64,000 nucleotides of DNA, from contig OZ234493.1 of assembly GCA_965153455.1 (NCBI GenBank), forward strand, positions 18,528,213 to 18,592,212. Direction: 5' to 3'. Position 1 is the first letter of the stretch, and each line of letters begins with the position of its first letter. This document shows positions 12,909 through 25,336 of the stretch, piece by piece. This stretch comes from Sphagnum compactum (lineage: Eukaryota). Both the position numbers and the translations under genes were made by a program. Below the pieces are notes generated by a model. It was given only the letters and a program-made list of their open reading frames with translations. It searched no databases and was not told where the DNA came from.

Positions 12909-15119
12909 TGTTTCAATTCTAGAAACAAAACAACAACAACGAAAATACACAATCATGTAAAAATCATATAATGTGTTTTGCTTTTTAAATGACCTTTTAT
13001 TTCTAAACACCATATTTTCCTTGTTTCTCATTTGTTTTCAACAATTTAAAATGTTATACATGTGCAAAGTTAAGATCTACATTACCTATGAATTCCAAAA
13101 GTAAACAAACAACACAAAAAAACCATGAAATTTTTTTTGAATTAAACCGGCAACCAAACAGTGATCCTACTTACTTTTGAAAATCATACTGTTTTTTAAT
13201 TTTAACAATTTAAACAACTATGGGTGCGCTAAATAAAGGTTTAAAAAAACCTTTTGCACTTGAAAAGCAAAGTGACAATGTATTAAGATTTGAAACTTTT
13301 TGAGAGTTTAAGTGTTCGTCCATTGGCCTGTCTTGTAATAGTTCTAAGTGAGTTGCAACTATAATGCAATTAGTTTTTAATCCCATATTATTTATCTTAC
13401 CTTTCAATTTTGTAAAGTATATAACTAAAAATGCTAAGAATACTTTTTAAATGACAATTGGAATAAGCTAATAAAAGAAGGTTTAGCTTTAAAAGTTTAA
13501 TCAAAATAAGATTATCTCAATTGACCTACCTACCTAGCCTAACCTACCTACTTATCTACCTAAACCTAACTAACTATTTATCTACCTAACCTAGGCAATG
13601 TAGGTAATAATGTCTACCTATCTTAAGCCTACCTACCTATTGATTTAAACACCATGTGTCAACATTTTCTCGCCCTTTAATTGAATGATCTAAATTAAAT
13701 TAATAAATTTAATATCTAAATAAATTTAAAATCATCATGTGTCCATTGATCATTTATTAACACATCATTGTCACACCATGCCTATGTAATATGTAATTGC
13801 ATAATAGTTGTAACATAATGGCACAATAGTTATAAAACAATGGCTCATTAGTTATAATGTAATGGCATAGTAGTTGCAATGATCTAATTGCAACATAGTT
13901 CCACAAATTGAATATGTATATAATTTCATATATGATGAATCATGTCATTACAATTTTTGTAACTTGTTTGATAGCACTCAAGTTATAAAAAAACATTAAG
14001 TTGTAAGTGGTCATTGTAACTCAAAATTACAATTAAAACCTAATTGCAAACTTAGTTAGAAAACATTTATTTTTTCATATTGTTTTTAAAATTTTCATTA
14101 CAGTAATCTTTGACTACTAAATGTTCATTTGCCTATAAATGAGCTACCAAGCTCTAAATCAAAATTGATATCAAAAGATGTTGATGTCATCTACCATGGT
14201 GGATGCAATTTGAGAAAAAAATTTAATCCCATAAAGTCCACATGAACAAGAGCCCAACAAAATATTTGAAAAAATGCACTTCAAGCCAAAAATACTTGGG
14301 AAAAAAAATCCATTTCAAATGAACTTTTGGAAATAAGGTTCAATTCTTACTTTTCAAATTTCTATAATTATAATTTATTAAGGTTTCAAAAACAATTCTA
14401 AATCTAACATTATTATTTCAATTTCAACCCATATTCAATTGCTACGAATAATTTGGAATGAAATTCAAAGTAAAATTTTTTTGACAACCTTGTTACTCAA
14501 AATTAATCCATATTTTCAAGCTTCAAAACTCCATTATTGACAATGGATGTATTATTTTCAAAAAAAATTGTACATATGTTTTCATAATCAAGTTGTTAAT
14601 TTTAAACCAAATTTCAATTGACAAATTTAAAATTATGGTACCCACCAAGCATTTAAACATAATGCAACCTATAGAAATTGCCATTATGACATCAAAAATG
14701 AACCACTTAAATTGCATCCACCCAATTGGCACATAAAATGTTGTTTAAACGATGATTAAACAATGTTGTTTCTTCTAAAGACATAGGTCAAATTATTTTT
14801 AAAAAAATTCTTCATGTTGTTTATAGCGGATATACTATTGATGGATTATATTAGGTCCAACCATGTGCCACCTTGGGCATAATTCCAATCCTTTTTTTAA
14901 CATATTTGTAAGATTCATAAACAAAAAATAGTGTTGGAATTATGTGTTGTATTTATAACTTTCCTTTTTAATATATTAATATATTAATATCAAAATAAGC
15001 TTGAAAATAATAAAATTAAATTAAAATATCTTTTAGCACATTTTAAGGTCCATAACCAATTTTTTTTAGCTTAAAAAGAATATTAAAATAATATAAAAAT
15101 AGTTTAAGCATTGTCTACA

Positions 15120-15520
15120 TCCTATATATTAATTCAGTAAGTCTGTCAGTCTGTCCGGGACAGTATATTTTGAATCCGTGTGAACAGGGTGTGGTTATCT
15201 GTCTGTTAGTCCATCAGTCTGTTACAGGCGGGCTGGGCACGGACTGGGCACGGGCACGGGCGGGAACTGGGCACGGACTGGGCACGGACTGGGCATGGGA
15301 CTGGGCACGGGCACGGGCGGGAACTAGGCACGCATTGGGCACGCCCTGGGCACGCACTAGGCACGGGTGGGACTGGGCACGGATTGGGTACGGGACTGGG
15401 CACGGACTGGGTACGGGACTGGACACGGGCACAGGCGGACTGGGCACGGGCACAGGCGGACTGGGCACGGGCGGGCTGGGCACGGGCGGATTGTGTCCGA
15501 ACGTCACGGGTACCCACTAG
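15120..15520 (+). mobile_element. Non-autonomous Helitron (about 401 bp) carrying a GC-rich minisatellite
   Basis: A|TCCTATATATTAATT...GTCTGTCAGTCTGTCC 5' end and GTGTCCGAACGTCACGGGTACCCACTAG|T 3' end, i.e. an A^T target with TC...CTAG termini. The 3' end is nearly identical to 18228-18255. Confidence 0.75.
15226..15490 (+). repeat. GC-rich minisatellite of GGGCAC / GGACTGGGCAC units
   Basis: More than 20 GGGCAC-type units are directly visible. They explain the low-complexity ORFs called in several frames. Confidence 0.95.
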
Positions 15521-15579
15521 TATTATCTAAACACAAAGTTTTTACATTGTCGCAACATGATTCTAGAAGCATTGGTAAC

Positions 15580-16134
15580 TCATATTAACATGGTTGGACC
15601 TAATTTTATATACAAAGACATAGGAAAATTGGATTGAACAAATAAGATCATGAAGGAGGTGAAAGGAAACCTAAGATTTATTACAAATTAACATAAAAAC
15701 CAAAATTCATTTGAATGTTTTTCAAAAAAGTTAAAGATAATTTGGATTTATTAAGACCCGACATGATGTAAGATTCGGAACATGAATTTTATTATGCCAA
15801 AAAGAAATTTCCTAAATGTGTGAAAATTTTCCAAGCCAACGAATGATTGTAGGTTTTGAATTTGAAAATAATGGGTAAGGCCTATAGAAAAAGATGTGAG
15901 ACATTTTTTTCTAAGTGGGCAAATGTGAAAATTTATGATATTGATATGTTTAAAATCATTGAAACAATATTTTATTTGATGTGTCTTGATGATTCAAGTA
16001 AACCAACTATGGAAAAGTTTTTACTTGTAGTAATTAAAGCATTATATGAAATAAATGGTTTAATAGAGATGTGGCTCCAAAAGCAAAAAATCATAACACA
16101 TTACAAGGTTGATGGTTATCATTCGTGTGCCTAA
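15580..16134 (+). pseudogene. Highly degraded hAT-superfamily transposase relic
   Basis: Broken translations give, in the expected order, LDL..KDIGKLD*, LDLLRP..RFGT and (ORF 15856..16134) IETIFYLMCLDDSSKPTM. These resemble plant hAT motifs LDLxLEDIGK, LxRPxxTRFAT and LRLVDxDxKPxMG (recalled consensus). Confidence 0.45.
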
Positions 16135-17646
16135 TTCATTATGAAAGGTGAGCAAGATAGAATAGTTCATTATGTTAGTTCTCGATAATTTACTTGTCAA
16201 GCCAACAAAAAATAATAACAAAACTCAAACTTCAATGGCATTTTTTGCAAGTTTAACTTTTACCCAAATATACTTATCATGTACAAAAAGAGAATATTAT
16301 TTACCCTAATCTAGTTCTCTCAAATCTACATACCCTAATGAAATGCATACCCAACCCTATTCAAAACCTTGGAAGTGTAAATTACCCATACCCAAAGCCA
16401 AATATGTTTTGGCATCCACATAAAAACAATTATGTCTTTGTTAGTTATGTTAATTAAATATGTCAACATGTGACTTTGTTAATTATGTTAATTAAATGGG
16501 GAGCTTCACAAGTTTTTTTTTTTTTTGGGTTACAATTAGTCAATTTGATTGGCCCATCACAAGAAAATACAAAAGAAAACTAAAACTTTAAAGGCGTCCC
16601 AAAATATAAAATCTATGTGAGGATGTAATGTTTCCCCTTTGGCCAAACTACATACATGAAGGTGAAAACTTTGGGCAAACCATATGGGATCAAATGGAGG
16701 ATTGTTAAGACATTGTGGTAAAAGTGGGCCACATTGAACCAGCACCCACCAGCACACCATCCATTGGATGCCCATTATTACTCAGTTGTGGATGAACCTC
16801 AAATGAGTTAATCTTTGGTTTGACCTTGGTAACCAATTCTGTAGGAAATAGGTCTCATACATAGGTAGGAAGGTAGGACAATAGGTAATTACTAGGTAAG
16901 TAGATGGGTTATAGTTTATACATATGTAACTACTGTTTTTTACTAACTACCTAGTAACAACCTGCTTTTGGGTTGTTAATAGGTATGTAGAGAAAAAAGC
17001 AACTGAGCTAACCACCATGGTTAGATAGTGAATTGAAACCCAACAGAAAACTGTTTCCTAACCATTTACCATTCATCCTTCATAGTGCACTAGTGGGTGC
17101 TGGTTTGCTGTGGCCGTAAAAGTGCACATGCTAAGAATGGGAGGAGTGTGACAAGGATATTGTAGTACCTTTACCATTTTGACAATTGATTGTCCAATAA
17201 TTAATTAAATTTTAAATCTTAATTTCGGCACTTGGTTTTTTAATTCCGAAAATTTTGACAAGTAATCCTTATAGATCATAATAAGCTGTTGTCTCCTGTT
17301 TTGGAACAGTTTAGTGTGTCTAGATGACTTCAGCACTAGTATTTGACCCTCGCAGGTCTGGGGTTCAAACCCTGGTAGTGAAAATTTGGGATCAAACTCT
17401 GACAATGAAAAATTTGATTTTATTAAAATTTCAGCACAAATAAGAAATAATTTTTCATACTTTTTCAAAATTTTGAATAAACAAAAACTAATTTAATTTA
17501 TACCGAAATGATCAAGGTAGTACAGTATATTTCAAATGGAAGTTTCAGCCCCTTATTTTGGAGGTTTCATGTTTACTGAAATGATTCGAAAGCCTACTCG
17601 AGTGCCTGAAGATGAGCTACAAATTATTTTTAAACTCGGCCACCAA

Positions 17647-18255
17647 TCTATATTATAATTCCGCTCAGTCCTTATTATGGTACTTTTGAATGGTCCTCCA
17701 CTCAGTAACTTTGTGGACAGGGGCCTGGGAGAGTGGGAGTGGCTGGGGCCTGGGAGTACCAAAACTTTTTTTTAATATATTAATTCCGCTCATGGTCCTC
17801 CAAAATGGTACCTCGCTCAAGCGTCGGGCAAGACAAAAAGCACTCGCTGCGCCTCCACCTGCCACTCTGCCTGAAACCCTGCCCTCTCAAGAATCTCCGA
17901 GGTCACGTCACGGGGGACTTCATTTACATTAAAAAGTATCTTAAGGCAAAAGAAGAATTATGAAATTCAGAATATTTCACTATGCAAAAACATAATCTTC
18001 CAAAAATCCTCAGCAAGAAAAATCCTTCAAGAAATTATCACGGAAATGTGGCGATTTAGTTTTTTTTTTTGGAAATTTTCCAAAATGCTCGCTTCACCAT
18101 GTATGTTTTCATGGGGGACTTTTCAACAGATTTTCGTCACAAAAAATAAATAAAATAAAAATAAAATTAGCTACTTTGCACCTTTGTGTGTGTCTCTCTT
18201 GGTTTAAAGAAACCGGGGGACTTCACAGTGTCCGAAGGTCACGGGTACCCACTAG
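17647..18255 (+). mobile_element. Non-autonomous Helitron (about 609 bp), same 3' end as 15120-15520
   Basis: A|TCTATATTATAATT at 17647 and GTGTCCGAAGGTCACGGGTACCCACTAG|T ending at 18255. The 5' boundary is less certain than the 3'. Confidence 0.6.
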
Positions 18256-18261
18256 TCAAGC

Positions 18262-19124
18262 TGTAATGGGAGATTAGGTTACCCCAACTTTTGAGCGCCC
18301 ACTGATCAGGGAAATTAAGTTATGTGTTAATTGAGCCATTTTGTTTTTGAGTGGCGGCTGCCTTTTCTTTACTTCTGCATGGGAAGCTTTGTTGTTTCTT
18401 GAGTGAGATGTTGCGCTGAGAGATTTGCATGACGACTGCACTGAATGGGTATGGAGTCTGAGTGGCGGCTCCAAATTATAACTAGGGTCGGTGATGCAAT
18501 TATGGAGAATGGCGGTTTGGGAGCGTAAAGGAGAAGACAAGGCGATTTGGAAAAAGGGCTTCTGGATGCAACGAACGGCGTTCTAAAGAAAGATCAGGAA
18601 GGCTGTTTTGGGGAGAAAAGTTGTTTTTGGATGGAGAGTGTAAAAACAGAAGAGAAGAGAGCAGGAGGGGGAGAAGAAGGAGTTCTGTAGAGGGGAGCTT
18701 AGCTATGCTAGAAATCTTCCGCTGCGTCTGGTGAATAGTAGAGCTTCTGCTGCAGAAGCATGGAGGAGAGGAATCAGAGAGAGAGAGAGAAGGCAAGGTA
18801 CTGAGGAACTATCAGACTATTTTTTTCTTTTGGGTAAGCCTGTGATGGCAGAAAATGCTTGTGCTTTCGGGATGTACATAGGCTGTGAATAAGATACAAG
18901 AGTTTCTTTGAATTGCATCAGTGTGCAAGTGTTGTGGGGAATGTTGTTTCGTGTCCGTCAGTCTTTGAATCGGAGTGCATCAGAGGGAGAATGTAGGCAG
19001 TTCAAGTTTTGGAGAGGTTAAGGAGTCAGTAAGGTGTGAGATCGATCTGGAAAGCTTGGACACCAGGGTCTACAGAGGAGAGTACATGTGTTGTTAGAAT
19101 CTGAACCCTCTCTTTTTGGTATCA
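18262..19124 (+). repeat. 5' LTR (863 bp if taken to ...TGGTATCA; U5 proper ends at 19116, before the PBS)
   Basis: Colinear with 25337-26199. By eye there are six A/G substitutions (18568, 18585, 18779, 18819, 19004, 19014), no indels, and terminal ATCA versus TACA. Confidence 0.95.
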
Positions 19125-19134
19125 GAGCATGGTT
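19117..19134 (+). promoter_or_regulatory. Primer-binding site complementary to the 3' end of initiator tRNA-Met
   Basis: TGGTATCAGAGCATGGTT. The first 12 nt are the canonical plant iMet PBS TGGTATCAGAGC. Confidence 0.92.
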
Positions 19135-19192
19135 GCGTATGTGAGTCTCATAGGACCTGAGGATGTGTAGATGCAATGACAGTTGAGTCATC

Positions 19193-19856
19193 ATGTCGTC
19201 GTCGAGCGCAGATGAGATTCCGGCAGAAGAACTAACTCAGGACATGCAGGAGCAACGAATCATCATTGCCTTCGATTTTTTCACTAATTTGGGTGGACCA
19301 CCGAGAGGATCTGTTGTCCTGCGTTTTTTTGGTTTCGGCCTCATCACCATTGTAGGAGTAGAACCTAAAGAGGCTCGCATAGGAGATATAGCAGTAGAGA
19401 TCGCTCACAGTGGATTCTACACTCGCGCCGAGGTTTGGGTGAAGGTGAGTAATGGATCAAGGGGCTGGGTCTCAACCTCCCAGTTACAGACACAGTACTA
19501 CTTCACGACGTACCTTGCGTAGAGTGACGCCCTCGTCTGCTGAGCGACAGCGTGGTATGCCAAGACTGGGGGACATTTGGGTTCCCAAATCGATTCCTTC
19601 AGCAAACCATTTTCCCAGGCTTTACATCCCTGGAGTAGAGGACTCGTTCCAGACTGGAGATCGCATTATCCGAGTGGAGCATGGTGGGTCGCGGTCGCGT
19701 TTGATCAGTTGGAGGATCTGGCGCGATGCAGGAAAAAGCTGGCAATTCCAGCAGGAGTCCTCAGATGAGCAAATCTTTTCTCTCATTCCATCTAACTTCT
19801 CACCTTTACCTTTAAGACCTGTCGCTGAAGGTGAGCAGTCTACGTTTTTTGGTTGA
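19193..19856 (+). pseudogene. Extra ORF upstream of gag (ORF0, about 220 aa, apparently split by one +1 frameshift near 19500-19522); unknown function
   Basis: An ATG-initiated ORF (19193..19522) overlaps a second ORF (19452..19856). Together they fill the PBS-gag interval, and both halves carry GD-hydrophobic motifs (RIGDIAV, RLGDIWV, QTGDRII). Confidence 0.45.
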
Positions 19857-19911
19857 ATCGCAACTGACTCTGTCTTGAAGGTTGTGGATTAGTGTTGCAC
19901 TTCCCTTCAGG

Positions 19912-22900
19912 ATGACAAGTCCACAAGGTATGGACGAATTGTTCTGGGGACGGGAGTATGAAGATGTTAGCGATTGGGCAGAAAGACTTACCATGGCTGC
20001 GGAGGTGCGGGACCTCACCGCAGACAAGCTGTTCAAGATCGCAAACTGAACTTGAGGGGTAGGGCCAGAGAATGGTTCCGGAAGTTGCAACCAGCGCCAG
20101 CTGACTGGACCGAGTTGCGAAATTTGATTGTGCTGAAGTATGGGGGAATTGATGCTGACGACATCCGAATGAAAATGGATGCCGTCAAGCAAGAACCCAA
20201 AGAAAGGGTCCAGAGGTATTTCGAACGACTGGATAAGTTGTTTCGAAAAGGGCAGATACAAGATGCAGAGCAACACAGACGTTTTTGGCCAGATTAAGGC
20301 CTGAAATCCGCAAGTTGTGCGTTGTGAGAGCTTTCGCAAACATCGAGGAATTGGTGAATGCTGCGATAGAGGTGGAAAGGGTGTTGGGTGAGCTTGGTGA
20401 GACACCATATGAACCTCTTCGAGAGGAACAGGAGGAGGATACATCGGAGGGCACTGTAGAGAAGCAGGTTACTGCATTGAATAACACCCTCATTAATTTC
20501 TTCAAAGGGAATTCGCATGATTCAGCATCATCATCCTCTTCCACGGCCTTTGGAGGATGCCAACTCTGTAAGGGTAAGGACCATATGGCCACTGCCTGTC
20601 CGAGGCTAAATGAAGCACGGCCAAAATGTGCAAAGTGCAATCTGCCGCATAGGACAGAGAACTGTGGTGTCAAATGTACCTTCTGTACAGGACTTGGACA
20701 CTCTGAAGATAAGTGCTGGAAGAAGCCCAAAGATGGGAAATCAACAGCTGGGGCAGCGAATTTCTTAGAGGTGATGCTTGATGATGAGGCGGCGACCGAA
20801 CGGCAACTCAACAGGCTATGTGGAAATGAGAATGCATTCTCCTACACTCGAGTGCCGAGAAGAAGACTCCTGTCGATGTGGCGCCAGGAGGAATTGCACC
20901 AGTTCCTGAAGCTGAGAGGGAGGGAGCTGGTATGAGCAGGGACGGTTCTGTGAAGTCCAAAATCCTCTCACATTTCATAAAGGGGAAAATCTCTTTGTCC
21001 CCCATGGAGACTGTTCTCATGATTCCTGGTGAGCTGGAACACCTGGAAAGCTTGGTGAAACTAGCAAGAAGGAAAAGGGATTCGGAGACCACCGAGAATC
21101 AGGTTTCCGTGGTCTCTGCAACCCATTCACTCCGAAGGATCTGCGTCAGTAAGACGCATCGGAGTAAAACTCTGCACTTACCTGTAGAGATCAACGACTG
21201 CATTATTGAGGGACTAGTGGATACAGGAGCATCCATGTCAGTTTTGGCTACTGCTGTAGTGAGAGAATTAGGCATAATGCATCTTGTGACAAGGAATGAG
21301 AGTTACAAGACAGCATCGGGAATAGTCACTCGGGCATTGGGCCGGGTTGATGAAGTACAGGTGAAAATCGGGGGAGTCCAATGTGCTATGACTTTTATGG
21401 TCGTGAACACGGATGGGTACGACGTGTTACTGGGTCTGGATTTTCTGATGAAAATCGGGGCTGTGGTTGATGTGGAACGAGGACTGATTCAGGTGAGGCA
21501 CGGACCTGGCACCCATGTGGAGGTTTTGCCACTCACGGTGGTCAATCTGCTACAGAGAGTGAGCGCGGGTGCAATAAGGAGTGGGACGGCAACCTGTAGA
21601 AAGGACGCACCTGCCAATCAACGGGGTGATGTGGAATCTGATCAAAATCAGAAGGTAGTTGAAGGAGGTGATGATGCATCTGTTTCAGACTCTGACGATG
21701 AAGGTGACGATGATGAGTTTCATGACTCAGAATCTAATCCTCTGGAACAGAGCGATTCGGATGATGAACTCGTGGATACTGAGTTTGAGGAACTGATAAA
21801 CTCAGAAGGACCACAGGGAATGTTGCAACTGATGTTGCAAGAGCAGACTGATGGGATCATGACGGAGGAGAACTCGGATGGGGATGACTATGCCGACTGG
21901 ATTAAGTGGTCATCTGATGCAGAAGAGAACAGACTATCCGTGTGTGAATCCGCACGCAATATACTCGGGCTAGTGCCGTTGCAGCAGCATAAGCCCGATC
22001 GTGACTCTGTGATCCCAATGATACTTCAAACCGCCCAGGCGAGAACCGAAGAACCTGATCGCAAGACCAATGAGGGGTGCGTATCGGGCAACCATTCTGA
22101 GTCAGGGATTAGATGGAAGGAGATCTGTGAGCGGATCAAGGTCGACGCCGATTTGGATGAGCATGGGCAACAACAACTCTGGGTAACCTTAGAGAAATAC
22201 AAGGACGTTTTTGCTTGGAACAAGGGCGAACTGGGCTACTACACCATTGGTGAGCATAACATTGATACGCAGGGATTCTCGCCTTGCAATGCATCTCCTG
22301 GACGACTGTCTTACTGGGAGGAGGCTGAAGTTAAGAGGCAGATCGATGTTCTGGTTGACCTAGGTAAAATGCGACCTAGCAACTCAAAATATGCCTGTAG
22401 GACAACACTGCCAGTGAAGAAAGATGGGAGTAGGCGTTTCTGTGGGGACTACAGACCTCTCAACGCTCAAACGCGTCGAAACATGTTTCCGATGCCTCTC
22501 GTCGAGGATGTAATTGATCAGCTAGGGAAGTCAATATGGTTTACTGCTCTCGATCTACAGTCTGGTTTTTGGCAAATACGCATGGCTCCAGAAGATATGA
22601 AGAAGACGGCGCTAATCACCAAAACTGGATTGTATGATTGGACTGTGATGCCATTTGGACTTAAGAATGCGACGAGCACGTTCACTCGAACCATGTCGGA
22701 AGTCTTCAAGGATTTGGGGAGCACGTTTCTGAAGGTGTTCGTGGACGACCTCAATGTCCACAGTGAAACATGGGGCGACCACATTCGACATTTGGATGCA
22801 GTACTCTGCAAACTAAGGGAAGTAAATCTGAAGCTCAATCCTAGCAAGTGTTGTTTTGCTGCTAAGAGTATCACCTTCTTAGGTCACGTTGTGAGCAGAG

Positions 22901-25291
22901 AAGGCATACAACCTGATCCTGGAAAGATTGAGGCGGTCTTACACTTTCCGACTCCAAAAAATGTCACAAGTGTCAGATCTTTCCTAGGACTGACAGGTTA
23001 TTACCGAAAATACATTAAAGGTTATTCGAATCTAGCAGGTCCTTTGTTTGAGTTGACAAGGAAGGACGTTGTATTTGCATGGGATGTGAATTGTGAGCAG
23101 GCATACCAGACACTGAAGGCAGCTCTGGTGGACGCGCCTGTATTCACACGACCAGATTTTAGACGAACCTTCTGGCTGGACGTGGACTGGTCACCCAAGG
23201 GAGTTGGGGCTATCCTGTCCCAGAAAGAAGGGAAGTTCGAGAGGGTGGTGGCATATGCCAGCAAAAGTTTGATTGACACGCAGAGGAGGTTTCATCCGAT
23301 GGAGGGAGAGTGCTACGCTCTGATCTGGGGTATAATGCACTTTAGACAGTACTTGCATATGAAGCACTTTGTCCTACGAACAGACCACAAACCACTGGAG
23401 TGGTTAGCGACTGTATCTGATACACATGGTCGAAGAGGCAGATGGGTCGGTATGCTGCAGGATTTTAGCTTCAAGATAGTGCATCGACCAGGACTAAGGC
23501 ACATGAACGCTGATGCCTTGAGCAGGAACCCAGTTGGATTGGCTGTAGAGGATGAGGATTTCGGTGAAGAGATCCGAGACATCACAAGTGCTCACCCTGA
23601 TGCACCTGAAGAAGGAGCAGAACTTCTCTGTGCTATGGCAAGCAAGGAGACGGAGTGGATGGGCGTCAGAAGGAAGGACAGAAGGTTTGTACGGCACAAT
23701 GCCTGTTGTTATGGCATCAATCACCAGAAGAATGTCCACAGCCATCAGTTGTTCATGCTGGGTGTTGAGGCAGAAGAGGAACTTTCGGAGGAATCTGTCC
23801 CGGACGAAGAAACAGTGCCAGTGCATGATGGGCCAGTACAACATGAAGAAGAGCAAGTGGTGCTGAAAAGGAGAAGGCCCCAATATTACGATAAGCGACA
23901 ACAGTTGGAATTGGTATTGGCAGCTCAAAGAGCTGTCTGAGTTCGGGGACCCTGAATTGAGCCCCACAGAACTCGATGAGGAGGAAGACCAGGGAGTGAA
24001 GCACAATTGTGCTGACATATGGCGAGATGCAGAATGTCTAATGCTGATAAGGGAAGGTATATTGTCTGATGCAGTAGACCTTGATGAGAGCAAGAGGATT
24101 CGTAAGAGGGCAAGCAATTATTGTTGGAAGGAGCAGAAGCTCTTCTTCAAAACATTGCTTGTGCCCAAACCCGAGGAGAGGCTGTCTCTGGTAAAACAGA
24201 TGCACGAAGACCTAGGGCATTTTGGTGAACAGCGAACATTGGCAGAAATTCGACGCAGGTACTTCTGGCACAGTCGAACTACAGATGTAAAAACGGTGAT
24301 CAAGGGTTGCCAACAGTGCCAATTAGTGAAGAGCTCGGGAAGCATCCGATCAGGAGACGAGCAATTGAAGAGTATCCCCATTTGTGATCTTTTTCATCGA
24401 GTTGCCCTAGATACTGCAGGGCCATTGCCTGAGACTAGGTCAGGTAACAAATATATCCTGGTGGCCATCGACCACTATTCCAAGTGGTGCGAAGCAAAGG
24501 CGGTTGCTGATCATGGAGCCAGAACAGCAGCCAGGTTTCTGGAGGATGACATAATCTGTAGGTTTGGTGTCCCGAAGTTCGTACTGACTGACAATGGGGG
24601 GGAATGGGCTACAGAGTTCGATGTGATGTGTAAGGACTATGCAATCCAACACCAACGCACTGCACCCCAATGGCCTCAGTGCAATGGGATGGCCGAGCGT
24701 ATGATCAAGACCATCAAGCATGGCATAACTGTGCTTGCTGCTGCTCCTGCCAACACACATTGTTGGGATGAGCAATTAGCCAAGGTTCTGTTTGGATACC
24801 GATGTGGAATCTAGGCAAGCACTAAATTCTCTCCGTTCATGATTCTTACTGGCCGCACACCTCGTTTGCGGGCTGACAACTACTTGCAGGCCTTGACTGC
24901 TGAGACTGACGATGGGAATGGTATAGAAGAGGCTGCAGCTCAGTTTCTGCAAAAAAAAGTGGAACTCATTGGAAGCATCCACAACAACGTCCTGTGCAAT
25001 GTGGAACAGGCACAAAAACAGCAGAAGAAAGTCTATGCTGCCTGGAGAGGTAAGCATTTGTTTGAGGGATTGATTGCAGGTCAAACCATGGTGAAGATGA
25101 AAAAGCCAGGGAAGAGAAGGGCTTTGAGTGCAATTTGGGAGGGACCCTACCAGTTTATTGGACACACAGATGGAAAGGGGAACCTCGATTTTGAGGAAGG
25201 CTCCCGACTGTGCATCATCCAAGATGGCGAAGGTCACCAATGGGAGAGATCTCGTCGGGACCTCCAGATCTTCTACATTCCACCAGACTAG
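19912..25291 (+). pseudogene. gag-pol polyprotein (Gag, three Zn knuckles, aspartic protease, RT, RNase H, integrase) with four frameshifts and one nonsense codon
   Basis: Knuckles CQLCKGKDHMATAC, CAKCNLPHRTENC and CTFCTGLGHSEDKC. Protease LVDTGAS. RT RFCGDYRPLN, LDLQSGFWQI, MPFGLKNA and FVDD. RNase H DVDWS...TDH...ADALSR. Integrase HEDLGH...CQQC, LDTAG/TDNG/NGMAER and GPY. Frame breaks near 20045, 20285, 20865 and 23928; TAG (from CAG) at 24812-24814. Confidence 0.93.
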
Positions 25292-25316
25292 ATGGAGCTG
25301 AGGGACTCAGCTGTTT

Positions 25317-25329
25317 AAGAAGGGAGGGG
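25317..25329 (+). promoter_or_regulatory. Polypurine tract
   Basis: AAGAAGGGAGGGG, separated from the 3' LTR TG by TTACATA. Confidence 0.88.
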
Positions 25330-25336
25330 TTACATA

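Noticed and set aside
13520-13640. CCTA/TAGG-rich patches (also 16850-16950 and 36050-36430)
   Set aside because: Low-complexity dispersed sequence without definable boundaries.
15170-15588. Four overlapping ORFs (GLGTG-, ARAQ-, PVPS- and GHG-rich)
   Set aside because: These are translations of a stop-free GC-rich minisatellite inside a Helitron; there is no gene structure.
18274-18796. Antisense ORFs duplicated at 25349-25871
   Set aside because: They lie within the LTRs, so the duplication only reflects LTR identity. No recognisable domain.
20830-20935. Programmed -1 frameshift between gag and pol
   Set aside because: No X XXY YYZ slippery heptamer was seen in the overlap, and three other frame breaks exist, so a 1-nt deletion is simpler.
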